Under the pieces are notes generated by a model that saw only the letters and a program-made list of their open reading frames with translations, ran no database searches and was not told the DNA's origin. Below are positions 38,863-51,741 of a stretch of 64,000 nt of DNA, piece after piece. The position numbers and the translations under genes are program-made. Within the stretch, counting starts at the first letter, position 1. The number at the start of each line of letters is the position of its first letter. The stretch comes from Nemertoderma westbladi (lineage: Eukaryota > Animalia > Xenacoelomorpha), in contig JAUCBJ010008549.1 in assembly GCA_032718475.1 (NCBI GenBank), forward strand, positions 5,161-69,160, in the 5' to 3' direction.

Positions 38863-40285
38863 CTTTGTATGAGGGAGTTGGTGACGTCATTCCTGCAGCA
38901 TAAATTCCAATGTTCTCGTAAATATCTTCGCTGTCTAAGCGGTTAATATCTGCGAATTTAATTTCATTTTCGTTAAAAGTAACGATTTCATCTGGTGACA
39001 TCATCCTTACAGCTGTTTGTCTCGGTAAATTCCTTTTCGGAGTTTCGTCATTGTCAAGTTGTCTGAAATCGGTCATTCGAACATTGACTTCAGGTTCTCT
39101 CTCAACGAAGCGTTTTGATTGGTCGGATAGAGAAGTCCAACGCGTTTTGATGTTTTTAAACATTCCGTCTGAGGAATTTGGTCTTCTATCTGTTACCGAA
39201 GATTGTCTAAAATTGAGACTCTTAATATGAGTTGGATCCAAAGAACGTCTCGCACGGTTCAACCAATACCCATCTTCTGGTCTACCTAAAGTAGTGACGT
39301 CACTACTATAAATATCTTTAAAGCGACCAGCTGATTGGTCGGTAGATTCTTGTTTACTCTTAAGATCTCGCCAAGGGCGTGGTTTATTCTCCCTGGATAG
39401 CTGCCTACCAGGTAAGAATTTAGGCCCGCCAATCACATCCAAGGAAGCCGCTAACACATCGTCACTAATTGTGGATGCATTCATCCTATTGGTTACTGCC
39501 TCTCTAGTTCCAGCCAATAGGAATGGTTCAGATCTACGATGTTCGAAATGTTTCCTAACTTCCCCCACCCAAGGTCGCGGACTGGCTGACTTAAACTGCC
39601 TAACCTGTAAATGATCACCAATACTCGCGATATCATGTTTAGTTTTAATTAACTTATCAAATTTATTTTCTATATTTTCGTTACTTTTTATCCCGGAGTC
39701 ATTAAGAACTAAAATATCATTAGACAGTCTGTCGTTATTGTTTAAGGCTCTTATAATTCTATCATCTTCAACATCATCCTCATCTGTAACATCGTCATCA
39801 ACTGCTGATATTTTATTAAATTCATCATAATCTGTTGAAACTGGTGTATTTAAGGCGTATGCACTACGTCGCCGCAAGGCTGACCTGGAGAGAGCTAAAG
39901 GAACCTGAACTAATTTACCGTAATTAGGATCCATTAGAGCGCCATCTAACGTCGTGATGCTCTCCAGACTAGAGGATTTATGAATTCCTTGAACGTCCAC
40001 TCGATTTGTTTTATGTTTTAACATCGTTTGCGCGGGATTTTTAAAATTGAATGAGTCCCTATCCCCTAAAGCTATAGGATGTGGAGAAACCGGTCGTTTG
40101 TGTGGAGTTCTTGGTATCACATCAGGGTCCTTCGGTTGCGACGTTGTATCTGTATCAGCCAATAGGAGGGCGAGTTCTCGCTCCACGGCTTTTCGTGACG
40201 TTATTGTGCGTTGTGGGGGAACTGGTGCAGAGTTCCTGGTACTTCCGATAGATAGTGGTACTTTACTTTTACCCCCGGAAGCCAT
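38863..40285 (-). CDS. Shroom: Shroom-family first coding exon (474 aa, low complexity, likely disordered)
   Basis: Long ORF; AAAG|gtttgt donor in phase 1 matches exon 2. Possible acceptor ~20 nt upstream of the ATG. Link to the ASD2 exons is inferred from phase continuity. Confidence 0.72.
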
Positions 40286-40380
40286 GTAATATTATTTATT
40301 ATAACTGTAACTAATCAATAAAATAAAATTATTATTACGTACAGTATTCCAATAACAGAGTAGGACAAAACAAATGATTG

Positions 40381-40666
40381 GCCCATATTGTGAAGTAAAC
40401 TAGATTTATCTGTTATATTTCACTTTGCAGTTTACCCCCATGTGAAGAATACCCGTTTTTCACTAAAAACCCAGGTTAGAGAAGGGCTGAATTTAACCAA
40501 AACAATAAACAATTTTTAGTATCTAGGTAGACCTACTGGTTATAAAATAGAACTAAACCCAAAAAAAACACGAAAAAGGATAAATTAGAAAATACAAATT
40601 CTTCATTTAAAAATTCACTAAAATTTCAACCGAAAAAACTGAAAACCTGGTATTCTTCTTATGTGC
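40381..40666. mobile_element. Diverged inverted relative of the 8151-8343 MITE
   Basis: Shares cactttgcagtttacccccatgtgaagaat, gaagggctgaat and ctggtattcttc segments in reverse orientation. Confidence 0.65.
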
Positions 40667-41769
40667 GAGATTATCAGAGGGGTTTATAGACAACATTCGT
40701 TAGAGTTGTAAACATACAGTAGGCCTAGGGGATATACTGTATTATATATATTATGTAATTATATTATATGTAATATATATTATATACTGTGTTATCCTTT
40801 GTTAAAAGCTACAGTACGCTGAAATAATTCTTATATTTGTTTTTACTAATATTTACAATAGTAATAATAAAAATTGTTTAATTAACTACTGTATATTAAA
40901 AAGGCGCCTAAAGAAAGTCTTGGGGCTGTCTTCCGGTCATACTTGTTCTATGAGACCCACAAAAGCACAAGATTGTGCCCAGGCTCGGTCTTCATTAACT
41001 AAGCAATGTCCTGCGAGGTGGGGGCGGCTTTGACCCCCTTGCCCTCTCTGGAGCCAGTGACACAAATCCAAGGCAACACCCTTTGTTGGATATGTTAGAC
41101 TCCAATCCACCCCTACTGCAAACATTAAACTTTAATATAATTAATTAATAATAATTAAATAAAAATCCACTAAACTTATGGTTGTTGGTTATAGACCTAC
41201 ACTTACTAGGTACCAACTGTATAATTACAGAACGTTTGTTCTTGATATGTTCTTGATATATATTTTGCACTAACTGTACATAACATGCACTCAACATTAA
41301 TTTCCCTTTTAAGTTAGTATTATAATTAATTATCTGATTGAAAGGAATTTTAATGGGGAATAGGTATTTTACAGTCAACATAAACTCGTCTATATCCGCC
41401 AACACATAAAGATCAAAGGTCATATAATATGTGAAAAAATTATTAAGTTTAATTAATATAATTCCCACGATTTGTTGATGAGCTGATAAAATAAATTTTT
41501 AATCAAATAAATACAGCCGTCCATGAAAGCGTTTAACGTAGATAAAGTATAGTAAATCCTTGATTAAACTGATACATCTCGATAAATATATTCACAAACA
41601 TTCCTGGTGATATTAGATATTGGGGGCGGGTAATCTTGTCTCAATTAATATCTAGCCATCCCTCGCCAGGGGAAAATCGACGCAAATAACAGTTATATTA
41701 TACTGTAATAGGACAATATAATAATGCTCTCCATAGCAAAAAATATCAACCGATCCTATTGGGGCTCGA

Positions 41770-41813
41770 ACCCGGTACCTAGGTTTCAAACTTCCGGTTA
41801 TCATCAGCCGGGT
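41770..41813 (-). ncRNA. Minimal type-I hammerhead ribozyme (predicted GUA cleavage)
   Basis: acccgg-CTGATGA-taaccggaagttt-GAAA-cctagg-TA-ccgggt: 6-bp stem I, intact core, palindromic stem III. Confidence 0.75.
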
Positions 41814-42135
41814 GTGCGCACTGAGCTACCAGATATTTTTCGGTATGGAGAGCATTATCATATTGTCCTATTACATTATAATATACTTAATTCACCGTCA
41901 CTCACCCCACAACAATTAACTTATTATTATTAATTAACAGCCCGGGCCTGGCATATGGGGTTACAATGGTTTCTACGTACAACACTGTATAATAGTTATT
42001 CTTTGAGGCATGGTTGCCATTTCTGGCAGAGCACGGGAATAACGTTGTTATTTCCTTTGAGTGATGTGTTTGGCCTAAATATGATATCCCACTCCATAGC
42101 GAATTCTTCATCCGATCTGGTAGCTAAGTACACAC

Positions 42136-42179
42136 ACCCGGCTGATGATAACCGGAAGTTTGAAACCTAGCTACCGGGT
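42136..42179 (+). ncRNA. Second hammerhead copy with stem III mismatch
   Basis: Same sequence but cctagc instead of cctagg. Confidence 0.55.
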
Positions 42180-42310
42180 TCGAGCCCCAATAGGGCCGGT
42201 TGATATGTTTCGGGTTTCGTTATGGAGAGCACTATCATATTGTCGTATTACATTATAATATACTTAATTCACCGTCACTTACACCACAACAATTCACTTA
42301 TTATTAATAA

Positions 42311-43540
42311 CTACTACTACTACTAGGATCGGCATGCTGCATTGCAGCTGCATTTTTAAGAATGCTGCGCCGGCTTATCGACAAAATTGCACCGCCACAA
42401 CTCCCTATCACCCATGACATTTGCTAGATCATCCGCATCTTTAAGGCCAGTGTCCTTTAAGATGCGTCTCAAGAAAGTCATGGGCTGTCCACCATGTTTA
42501 TTCACTCCATGAGGCTGCCAAAGTACAAGATTATGCACTGGCTGGTCCTCACGGCGAAAGCAATGTCCTGCAAAGCGGAGGCGATTCAAATCAAATCAAA
42601 TCAGGTATATTTCCTTCTGATATCTCAAACTGCACATTTTAACAATTACATTAACAATTTAGTGAAAGAATGAAAGTGCGCTGCTGTAGCCGGACAATAG
42701 CAGAGCTAGTAAAGTCCAACTACAGCAGCTAGAGAAACCAGGGGTTGGGGAAAGTATGGGGGGTAGGGTGGGGGGGGGGGGTAGGGTGGGGGGGGGGGGG
42801 GGGTAAGGTGTGGGGGGGGGGGGTTGGGGCTATGGTTGGGGGGAGGGGATTTTTTATGAATAATTTGCCTATATGGCTAGTATTAGATATAATATTACTA
42901 TAATTGATATCGTGCATGAATAGGGCTGCTTGATGTTTATATAATAATTCAAGGGGCAAAATAGATAGAGATTTATATAGAGGTAGTGAGGAGGATGAGA
43001 GTGTGAAAAAGTTACGCAGCGGACGAATTTATTTATTTTGGTACGTAGAGGTTTAAGTATAGCGGGATAGGTGCTTCCCCATATGATTATACCATAGTTT
43101 ATATATGGATGTATAAGTGAAAAATAAAGTTGTCTGAGTATAATCAGTGGAAAAGAGTGCCTAAGTTTATAAAAGATGCCAATTGTTCTAGAAATTTTCG
43201 TTCTTTTTCGATTTTGTTCTAGTGTCAAGCTTGGGGAAACCAATGAGACACCTCCAATGTTATATAGTGTCTGGTTGGAGATGTGTGCATTGTACTTGAC
43301 ACAATGAACCCGGCGTAGCATTCTAGTGAATGTGCCATCCAGAGATTTGGTGTCCTCAGCAGTTAGAGCCCAGCATGGACTCCCATAGAGGAGTACTGGA
43401 ACTACTGCTGCTCTAAATAATCGGAGCTTAAGTTTCCGATTAATTCTCGGTGACTTCAAAATTCTGGAAAGCCTATTCAAGGCTGCCCATGCCTTTCCTT
43501 TACGTATTCGAAGGTCCTCACCTGACTTCCGGATCCATTT
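42311..43540 (-). mobile_element. RTE-clade LINE family A copy interrupted by another LINE
   Basis: 42311-42586 and 43209-43540 are contiguous in the 13580-15225 copy. Confidence 0.9.
42587..43208 (-). mobile_element. CR1/L2-group LINE 3' fragment nested in RTE, 5-bp duplication cgatt
   Basis: KISRTIGIFYKLRH...YFSLIHPYINYGIIIWGST; (gattt)n tail; cgatt at 42582-42586 and 43209-43213. Confidence 0.85.
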
Positions 43541-46500
43541 TGTAGTTTATAACACCAGACATGTCTGAAACGCAGGTAAGCAATAATAACTAACGCACGT
43601 AGGCCTTTGTCTAGATTGAGATATGACAACAGACACGTCATTGTAATTTGTAATCCTGGCCTCTCATTGGCTAGTAACTGGTGAAGCTATAATAATTAAA
43701 TTGATGAATGTGAATGAAAATGAAATTAAGATTGGTTCGACTATGAAGTTATCGGTATTATTAATAGTTAATATTGTTAATTCTCGCAATCTGGCCTCCC
43801 TGGTTACCCTGGGTTTGGACAAGAAAGGTCATCAGGAAAGGGACTCACAGAATTATTGGCGCCTATAACTGACGCTTGTGAGGCTTATGATTGCGTCCTG
43901 TAGTTCCACTGGCTTCTACAGTAGTGGCCGAACTTCCGCATTACTTATGTAATCCATAGTGGGGGTTGGGGGCGCTTTTTTTGACGAGTCAGCTCTCATG
44001 GCAAATACCGCACCCTGGTTTCCATTCCACAGGGAGGGTGTCGCAGTTGAGCCAGATATGGAGCCCATATCTACTCTGAAACACCTCACCCACCATAATT
44101 GGCTATGCATCTCATCTGCCGGGCCATGTCCTGTACACCTGCTGCCAGGTTTAGGAAGCAGTGGAGTGCACTCAAATTGGAGATGAGAGCACTCTACTCC
44201 TGACAAGCCATTGGTAGATCACCATCTGCCTGGCCAGGCCATATACATACATTAAGGACCAATGGCGTCCCTATCCCAGAACGAAGGTGGTCCTAATCAC
44301 AGAACCAGATTATGTCCTTAGTAAGAGGATCCAGTAAGCAACCGAGGGTGGACTCTCTATAGCCGAGGGGCACTTGTATAATAACTAATAATCACGAACC
44401 CCGTCCTCTTATAATATACACCTAACTCTGCAGTAGTCAGTAGTAGTAGTAGTAATAGTAGTTAGTAGTGGTAGTAAGTAGTTATAAAGGAGATGAGTTT
44501 AAACCAAAGTGATAAAGTAACATTATTATATAACATAACCATGTAGACAAAGTAGAATAAGATACGGATTCATAATTATTTTATCAAACTCATGTACTAC
44601 TTACTTCAATGTGCCAATTGTAACAATAATTAAACATATTATTCTGATTAATCTGCGTTTGGCCCCATAAAATATTATACTGCAAGTGTTTTATATCAAT
44701 AGATCCATGCGAGTAAACAAGAAGTGAAGTAAATGTTTATTATTATAGTTTTAGAAATTGAATGATATACCCAAGATAGTGAAATAAATAATTTACCAGA
44801 AATTGCCATTTGATCAGATGTATCAAAGCGGCGTCTTTAGTATAATACCGTAATAGTATCAATTCACTCTGTTATACAATGTAAATATACTAAATCTATT
44901 TATAAATATATTATGATCCCTACATTGTATATTTCTCCCACAGGTAGACAATGTAGTATGTTAAAACTTGATATAATTTAGTATTATGTATAACATATTA
45001 CAAATAAGACTGAGGCAGCTAAACTATATTGCAAAGAAATCAAATATTCTAAAGTAATATACTAGACCCTCCCTCCACCCTATAAATAGTATTCACCACC
45101 TACCCCACCCACCACCCTTATTACTATATAATAATGAAAGAATGTACTGGCGCTCCGGTCACTCCGTTCCCTCCGCTGGGGGGGTTAAGTTGTAGGTTTT
45201 GACACTATGCAAAATCCGAGCACAGAGTTAGAAGCGCATTGGATAGGCAAACATTTCTTGCAGTGAAAGTATTTCCATACCTATTATAGTTTTCGAGATA
45301 GTCAGACATGAGTAGCTAAAACTTGAATTTTTTTCGGTAAAGTCTGATTTCACCTGTACCTGTCATCCGAAATATGGATTGTTGTTACACATTTATTAGC
45401 GGGATGATAACTATCCCTAATGCTGGGCTACGGCCAAAAAAGTTATTTTGCCCTAGGGCAAAATAACCATGTTATTCCCTCTTAGTAGTGAAGTGTTTAT
45501 CGTGACACCACATACTGACATACAAACATAGGAACCGGTAATGCTGCTGTACTCGTCTTAGGTCTGTTGTGTGTCACATCAGGGATAAATCAGGTATTCA
45601 GACCACCAACTAGTTTTGTATTTCATGTTTCATTATTATTGGGCTGTGCTCCACTAGACAGCAAGGCCTATTTATGTCTCATTAATCACCTCATTGTCAT
45701 ACTCATACTGACGACTTATACTGACGACACTGACCTATGACTAAACTTTAAATTTCCACAGCAAATTAAGAGGTACCGGTACAGTAGGCCTACATGGTGT
45801 CACAGTCCAGAGTCGCACCGTACCAGGTCTGCAGCCTGCAGCCCTGCAGGTAGGTCTAGTTTGGCCTGTATTTATATTGGCTGCAAGGTACCGTACTACC
45901 TCGTACTGCTGCAGTGAGGCGTTTCTCCAGTTCCTTCCTCCTAAGTGTTAAAAAAAGATATCTAAGAATGACGTTTAAATACGTTCACCCCTTTCTGCCT
46001 TTTCCTTTTTAATACAGACATTGAAACGTTTTAATATTAAAGTAAAGTAAAAAAAAGTATTAACCGGTCTTCTAAGCCGAAGGTATGGTGTTCAAGCCCC
46101 AGAACAGCCAAATTTTTGCTAGCTTCCAGTTGTACTGTAGGCTAATGGCAACCTGTCATGAGTTAAGGAGTAAAGAATATGGTTAGATAACCAGAGTACT
46201 CGACCTTGGGAGTAGTGTGGTGCCTTCCCTGCGTTACAGATAATAGCCAAGAGAATGGAGCCTTTGGGTTGTTGCCTCGGGTGTTTCTTCTTACACGTTT
46301 GAATATAACTTTACTTTACTTTTATGCAGTTCTTAGCCAACACTATATTTTCTAGACCATACTTTGATATAGTGGAGCGGAGATAGGTGTTGGTCGACTC
46401 TAAGTGACATCCTTCTTTTAAAACTGGCATAACAACCTGTTACTATGGGAATATTAATGTTATTCTTATAATGTTACTACTTAGTTAGCTCAAATATAGC

Positions 46501-47368
46501 TCAAAATGTGGAGAAAAAGAAGTACCTACTTTTTTTCCCTAGGGAATAATAGTTAATCATACAGTAGGCATAGGATTGCATTGAACTTACTTTTCCCGGA
46601 GAATAATGTAAATGTGAAAATATTTTTCGTGGAATTTTTTAAACTTTATTACATGTGTTGAAAGAGCATCGAAATAGAAAATGTTTGTAGCTTTAAGATA
46701 TATATATATATAATATCATATACATATAATATATATTCTTAATAAACTTCATATATTCCAGAACCATTAAATTAATTAACATTTTCCTAAGTACTAAATA
46801 ATTATTTATACTAATAAATGTATTTAATGTGAACGATATACACCCCCCTTCTGTGGGTAGTGGATACATGACATGTCCACCAAAAATACTATTCAATTAA
46901 TTCAGCCAAATTAGTTATGTATCCAATTTGAAGTTTATGCAATGTTACTCATAGCGGCCAATGTAAGAAAATAGGAATTTTAGAATGTAAACCATTTAAA
47001 TAAGTTTGACATCAATATTCACTAACAAATTCAGGTGCTTTTTTGATGATCGAATCTTACGGCGATTGGATGAATTAAGCATAGAGCTATACAACACACA
47101 TGACACAGTAGGCCTAATGTTTTACCTTTGGAGCTTGGGTGTTATTATTCCCTTGGGTAAAATAACACCTATGCAATTAATGAATTAAAGTGAAACACAC
47201 CGAAATTTTCCAATGCCCTTGGGAAAAATTAATATAAACACCCCCAAAACTTTCCAAGCCCCATTTTGTAAACTCTTCCCCCAAACAATGCCCTTTTAGA
47301 ATCTGTAAATAGTTGTTAAGGGATAAAAATAATCGAAATGCATACCACAGTACATGTGTAACAACTTA

Positions 47369-47501
47369 CTTATTCCCCAGAAGTTAGTTATTTTCCCAGT
47401 TATTTAACCCTTGGGCAGGAACACCCTCGGGCTTCGCCCTCGGGTTGTTTCCTGCCCGCGGGTTAAATAACTGGGAAAATAACTAACTTCTGGGGAATAA
47501 G
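47369..47501. repeat. ~130-bp near-perfect palindrome
   Basis: cttattccccagaagttagttattttcccagttatttaaccc arms around a gggcttcgccc core. Confidence 0.9.
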
Positions 47502-47599
47502 CATAGTTATATATCGTTAGATGCGGGTCCACTAACTGTACATTCACATATTTTCAAGGAAAAAATTCGATCAAGGGTTTTCGAAATATTTTCGAATTA

Positions 47600-48900
47600 C
47601 CGGAAGCAGACTTTGGACGACCATATCTCCGGTACCGGTAGGCCTATTGTGTCGAAATTTTTTTTAATCTACTTAGAACACTCCAGTGAATGTTTTTTAG
47701 TTTGTAAGTTTTGCCCCAAAATGCTCAGAAGTAATTTCGATAAAACTGATCATTTCGCGATCATGATCTTTTGACCCCCTAGAATTGAACTTTTTTATGG
47801 TCAAATTTTGGCTACCCTCCCTAATTCGAGGGTGAGGAATCTTTTTGTAATGTTAAGTTTTTTCATACGGTGAACTCACAGGACTTGGTCTTCGAAATAA
47901 AACCGAAAACATGATCTTTCCTGATCATGGCCAGATCAAATCGCTTTTTGAAAATTTTGAAATGCTCAAAAGTTGCCCCTTCACCATAGAAGTCGATTCG
48001 TAAAAAAATAATCGGGGGTCTCAAACAAAGTTTTCGAGAAAATCGGGAAAAACAGAAAAACACGATCTTTTATGATCAGGAAGCTGATCTCGAGAACTGG
48101 TTGCCCGATCGAGCCAATTTTTTTTTTAATCAACTCAGAATAGACCACTGCACATTTCTTACAATGAATGTTTATTAGAAAAATGCTTAGATTCGATTTT
48201 AAATATACTGATCTTTTCGCGATCATGATCTTGAGTTTTGACCCACTAGACTTGAACTTTTTTATGCCCAAATTTTGGCTACCCCCCATAATTCGAGGGT
48301 GAGGAATCTTTTTGTGATGTTAAGTTTTTCCATACGGTGAACTCCCAGGACTTGGTCTTCGAAATAAAACAGAAAACACGATCTTTTCTGATCGCGGCCT
48401 GATCAAATCGATTTTTGAAAATTTCGAAATGCTCAAAAGTTGCCCCTTCATCATAGAAGTCGATTCGTAAAAAAAAATCGGGGGTCTCAAACAAAGTTTT
48501 CGAGAAAATGCGAAAAAACTAAAAAATCTGATCTTTAATGATCAGGTATCAGATCTCGAGAACCGGTTGTCCGATCGAGCAAATTTTTTTTTTAATCGAC
48601 TCAGGGCGGTGTTCTGAACGTTTCCTACAGTAATTGTTTATATCCAAAATGCTTAGCTACGATTTTACGAAGTCCGATCTTTGCGCGATCATGATCTTGC
48701 GTTTTGACCGGGAAGAATTCACTTTTTTTTTAAATATTTTAACGGGAATCATGACTAATGTGGGGTCGCTGAATCTTTTTGTAATGTTAAGTTTTTCGAT
48801 TGGAGCAAGCCTTGAGTGTCCGATCCCTGATCAAAACTGATCTTTGCTGATCACGGTCAAGATCTTGATCGGGCAACTTCAAACTCGAAGTTGTGAAGGT
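47600..48900. repeat. Diverged ~465-bp tandem repeat (~2.7 copies)
   Basis: aattcgagggtgaggaatctttttgt at ~47823 and ~48290; gatcatgatctt at ~47759, ~48221 and ~48687. Confidence 0.85.
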
Positions 48901-49262
48901 AAACCCATGCTGCCTATCGATTGGCGCCGGTCCCAACTCCGTAGCATTAGCCGTTTTGGCTGTAGCTCCATAGCAACGTGGTTGCTAGGGAAGCGGACTT
49001 TTTGACTCAAATTGGCCCTAGCCGGAGAACCGTAGACTTTTGAAACGTAATTTATATGGGAAAAAGTCTTCTAGATAAATTTTTTGGGGGGGGGGGGGGT
49101 CTAGGAACATCCTATTGTTCGTTTTCGCTTAGTTGCTGAGATCCTCTCGTCCCACAAATCCCAGGATTCTATAAAGGCATTCTGCTGGACTAGTTCCGTG
49201 GCCGGAATAGTGTTCGGTGTTCTGCGAACAGAGAACCTAATCGGTTTAGGGCCCTGACCGTC

Positions 49263-49697
49263 CAGGGACAGGATACGATACGATGCGATACGAAAATACG
49301 ATACGATACGAACGAATTTTTCATGATGTTTATATAAATTCAAATTATATTATATTTCTGTGGTCTTTTTATCATTATTTTACAGTTAATTACAATGTGT
49401 TTAACGATCCTCCTGTCTTACACATTTAATTGACCTAATAAAACAGTAAACTGTAACCTAATTTATTAACCAATTTTGAAAAATCCTAAATAAATAAGTG
49501 GTGTGATTTCTGGCTTTACTGTTAAAAACATTAATATTTACAAATAAAATAAGATACGAAAATACGATACGAAATACGACAAATATTTATTCGTTTTATA
49601 CGATACGAAGTAAATTTTTATAAAACGATACGAAATTCGATACGAATAAAAAATACTGCGATACGAAAATCCATTTTCGTATCGTATCCTGTTCTTG
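49263..49697. mobile_element. hAT-like MITE with (gatac)n subterminal repeats
   Basis: cagggacaggatacgatacga ... tcgtatcgtatcctgttcttg; related partial inverted copy at 61581-61915. Confidence 0.75.
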
Positions 49698-51571
49698 AAG
49701 GAATATTGATTGTTTCGGTATTAACGTATTTGGGAATAAATTTGAATTATTTAAAACGAATTTAATTACTAAACTTACTAAGCTATCTAACAGCTATTTA
49801 ACAACTGAGACCTCCCCCCCCCCCCCCCCCCCCCGAAGCAACTAAATCGAACGCCCACAACGCAACACTTCCCCCTAGTTCCCAGTAACTCAGTAATTCG
49901 TCTGCACCACCGCAACAAGACCGCTGCTATCTTGCAGCAGACCTTTCTAAAACTTATATGGACGAACATCACGTGTCCTATCCCCTGCAAGGTGGTGCTG
50001 GGCTTTGAAAATTCTCGTTCACTACCGAGATTGTTAAGTGCGCAATATATTTTAAGCCTGAACTGTAGCATACCTATGTATATGTATGTCAAAGGGTTCT
50101 GGTTTCTTCCGCACCAAGAGCCCAATAATGCCGCAGCAGCACAAACTCTACTAGCCTACTTCTGCAATAAATGTGCCTTCATAGAAGGCTATTGATTCCA
50201 GGTGATTGACATATCCTTAAATGAAAAGTTGTTGTCACTATTTAAAATTGACCTAAATCCAGCGTATTGCTTCACCGTTGTGCTGCACGTTGCATCATGC
50301 GTTAGTTGTGCTGCGAGGAGCTGATCACAATCTCGCCACGGTGACCTCTGAATGCCTCCCAAAAGAAACCTCTCAGTTTAATTCAGATTTGGATAGAAAA
50401 GTTGTGGAACCTACCCGCTACCCTGGCCCTATGGCTACAATTGAAAAATATATAAATTTTTTAAGAATTGCAATTATTATAAAAACATAATTATTTAGAC
50501 CAGTGATATTTAAAGTGAATTAAAATACTATTTTTCGGCTTCTAAGAGAACATTTCGCAGAGTGTAACTATCTGGTGTAAAATAGCTGAAACAACAGCGT
50601 AAAAGCAAATTAAATAAAGAATATTATAATATATATAGTGTGGGCTTTATATAATATATTATTATCTAAGTTAATAAAGAATACCAAAAAGTTCAATATA
50701 AATCTTCTCTCTAAATATATTATTGTAATTTTGAATTAAATAAACGAAATTTCCTACAAATAAAATAAAGTTTGTGAGTTTCCTTGTAGAAATTGAACTA
50801 ATCCAACTATACCGAACGCAATCCACCATTATTACACGCTAAATATAAAACACGCGAATATTTAATTAACTAACACCTTTACAGTTCAGTTGGACCAATT
50901 ATAGTTTCCAAGCAACCGTTGTAAACTTTCCTGTAATTAACCAATAAGTCTTTGTTAAACTATCACAGAGAGGCTACTGTGTCTACAGGGCCAATAAAAT
51001 TTATATAATTTAGATAATTTATTTAAACTGATAATATTTTATTATTATTATATATTACTCTATCAATTATTTATATTCAACTATTTTTAATAAATTTCAC
51101 CTAAAATATTTAAGAGTTTCATAAACGCACATTTTTCCTCGGCAATCATTTCGTAAATAACCAACTTTGGTAATAAAACTACATTCTCGAATATTTATTT
51201 TCAATCACTACGTTCGTTCGTGTAGCAAATAGCTTGGATCAGTACAATGTAAATTATTACTTTACACACACACACCCCCACGTATCGCATTACAGCGGTT
51301 TTCATTACGGGCGGTTTTTACTAAGAAATAACAATTCAAGGCGAAACTTATTCTATAAAATAAATAGAAAAATTAAATATTATCTTCTAGAAATCATTTG
51401 TAATAACCGCAGTAGAAAACCGCGGCAAGGAAAACAGGCTGGAGAAAGTTGAATAATAAAGTTGTTAGGAAAAGAAAGTTTGTTTTCATTAAACTGCGTA
51501 TGCCATCTAGAGTTACAGGGCAGTATCGCATGCTGCGATATAATTAGCGAGTTAACGACGGTAGATGGCGT

Positions 51572-51741
51572 CTAGTATTCGTCCTGATCAGGTGGAGGCG
51601 GGTCCTCGAATATCTCGAGTTCGTCTGGAGGAGCGAAACCGTCTTCGGTTGCGTAAAGTATATCCATAATTCGTTGGAAAGTCGTGTTAGTCTCGTGGTC
51701 CGGGGTCTCCTGTATCAGTAGCTCAATATCGCGGAGCTTAC
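51572..51741 (-). CDS. MAPRE: EB1/MAPRE microtubule plus-end protein, last exon (not in the ORF track)
   Basis: GKLRDIELLIQETPDHETNTTFQRIMDILYATEDGFAPPDELEIFEDPPPPDQDEY*, matching the EBH domain end and acidic EEY-like tail. Confidence 0.93.

Larger units (their letters stand above)
41703..42310. mobile_element. Hammerhead-containing SINE/retrozyme/Penelope-pLTR-like element, two inverted copies
   Basis: 41703-41833 (-) is the reverse complement of 42116-42255 (+); tail 41843-41933 repeats at 42220-42310; tRNA-like A and B boxes. Confidence 0.75.

Noticed and set aside
42116-42195. Genuine tRNA gene
   Set aside because: A/B boxes present but no cloverleaf; the interior is hammerhead-like.
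49850-50420. Possible transposase remnant (NNLGSEREFS)
   Set aside because: Only one short motif resemblance; too degraded to support.
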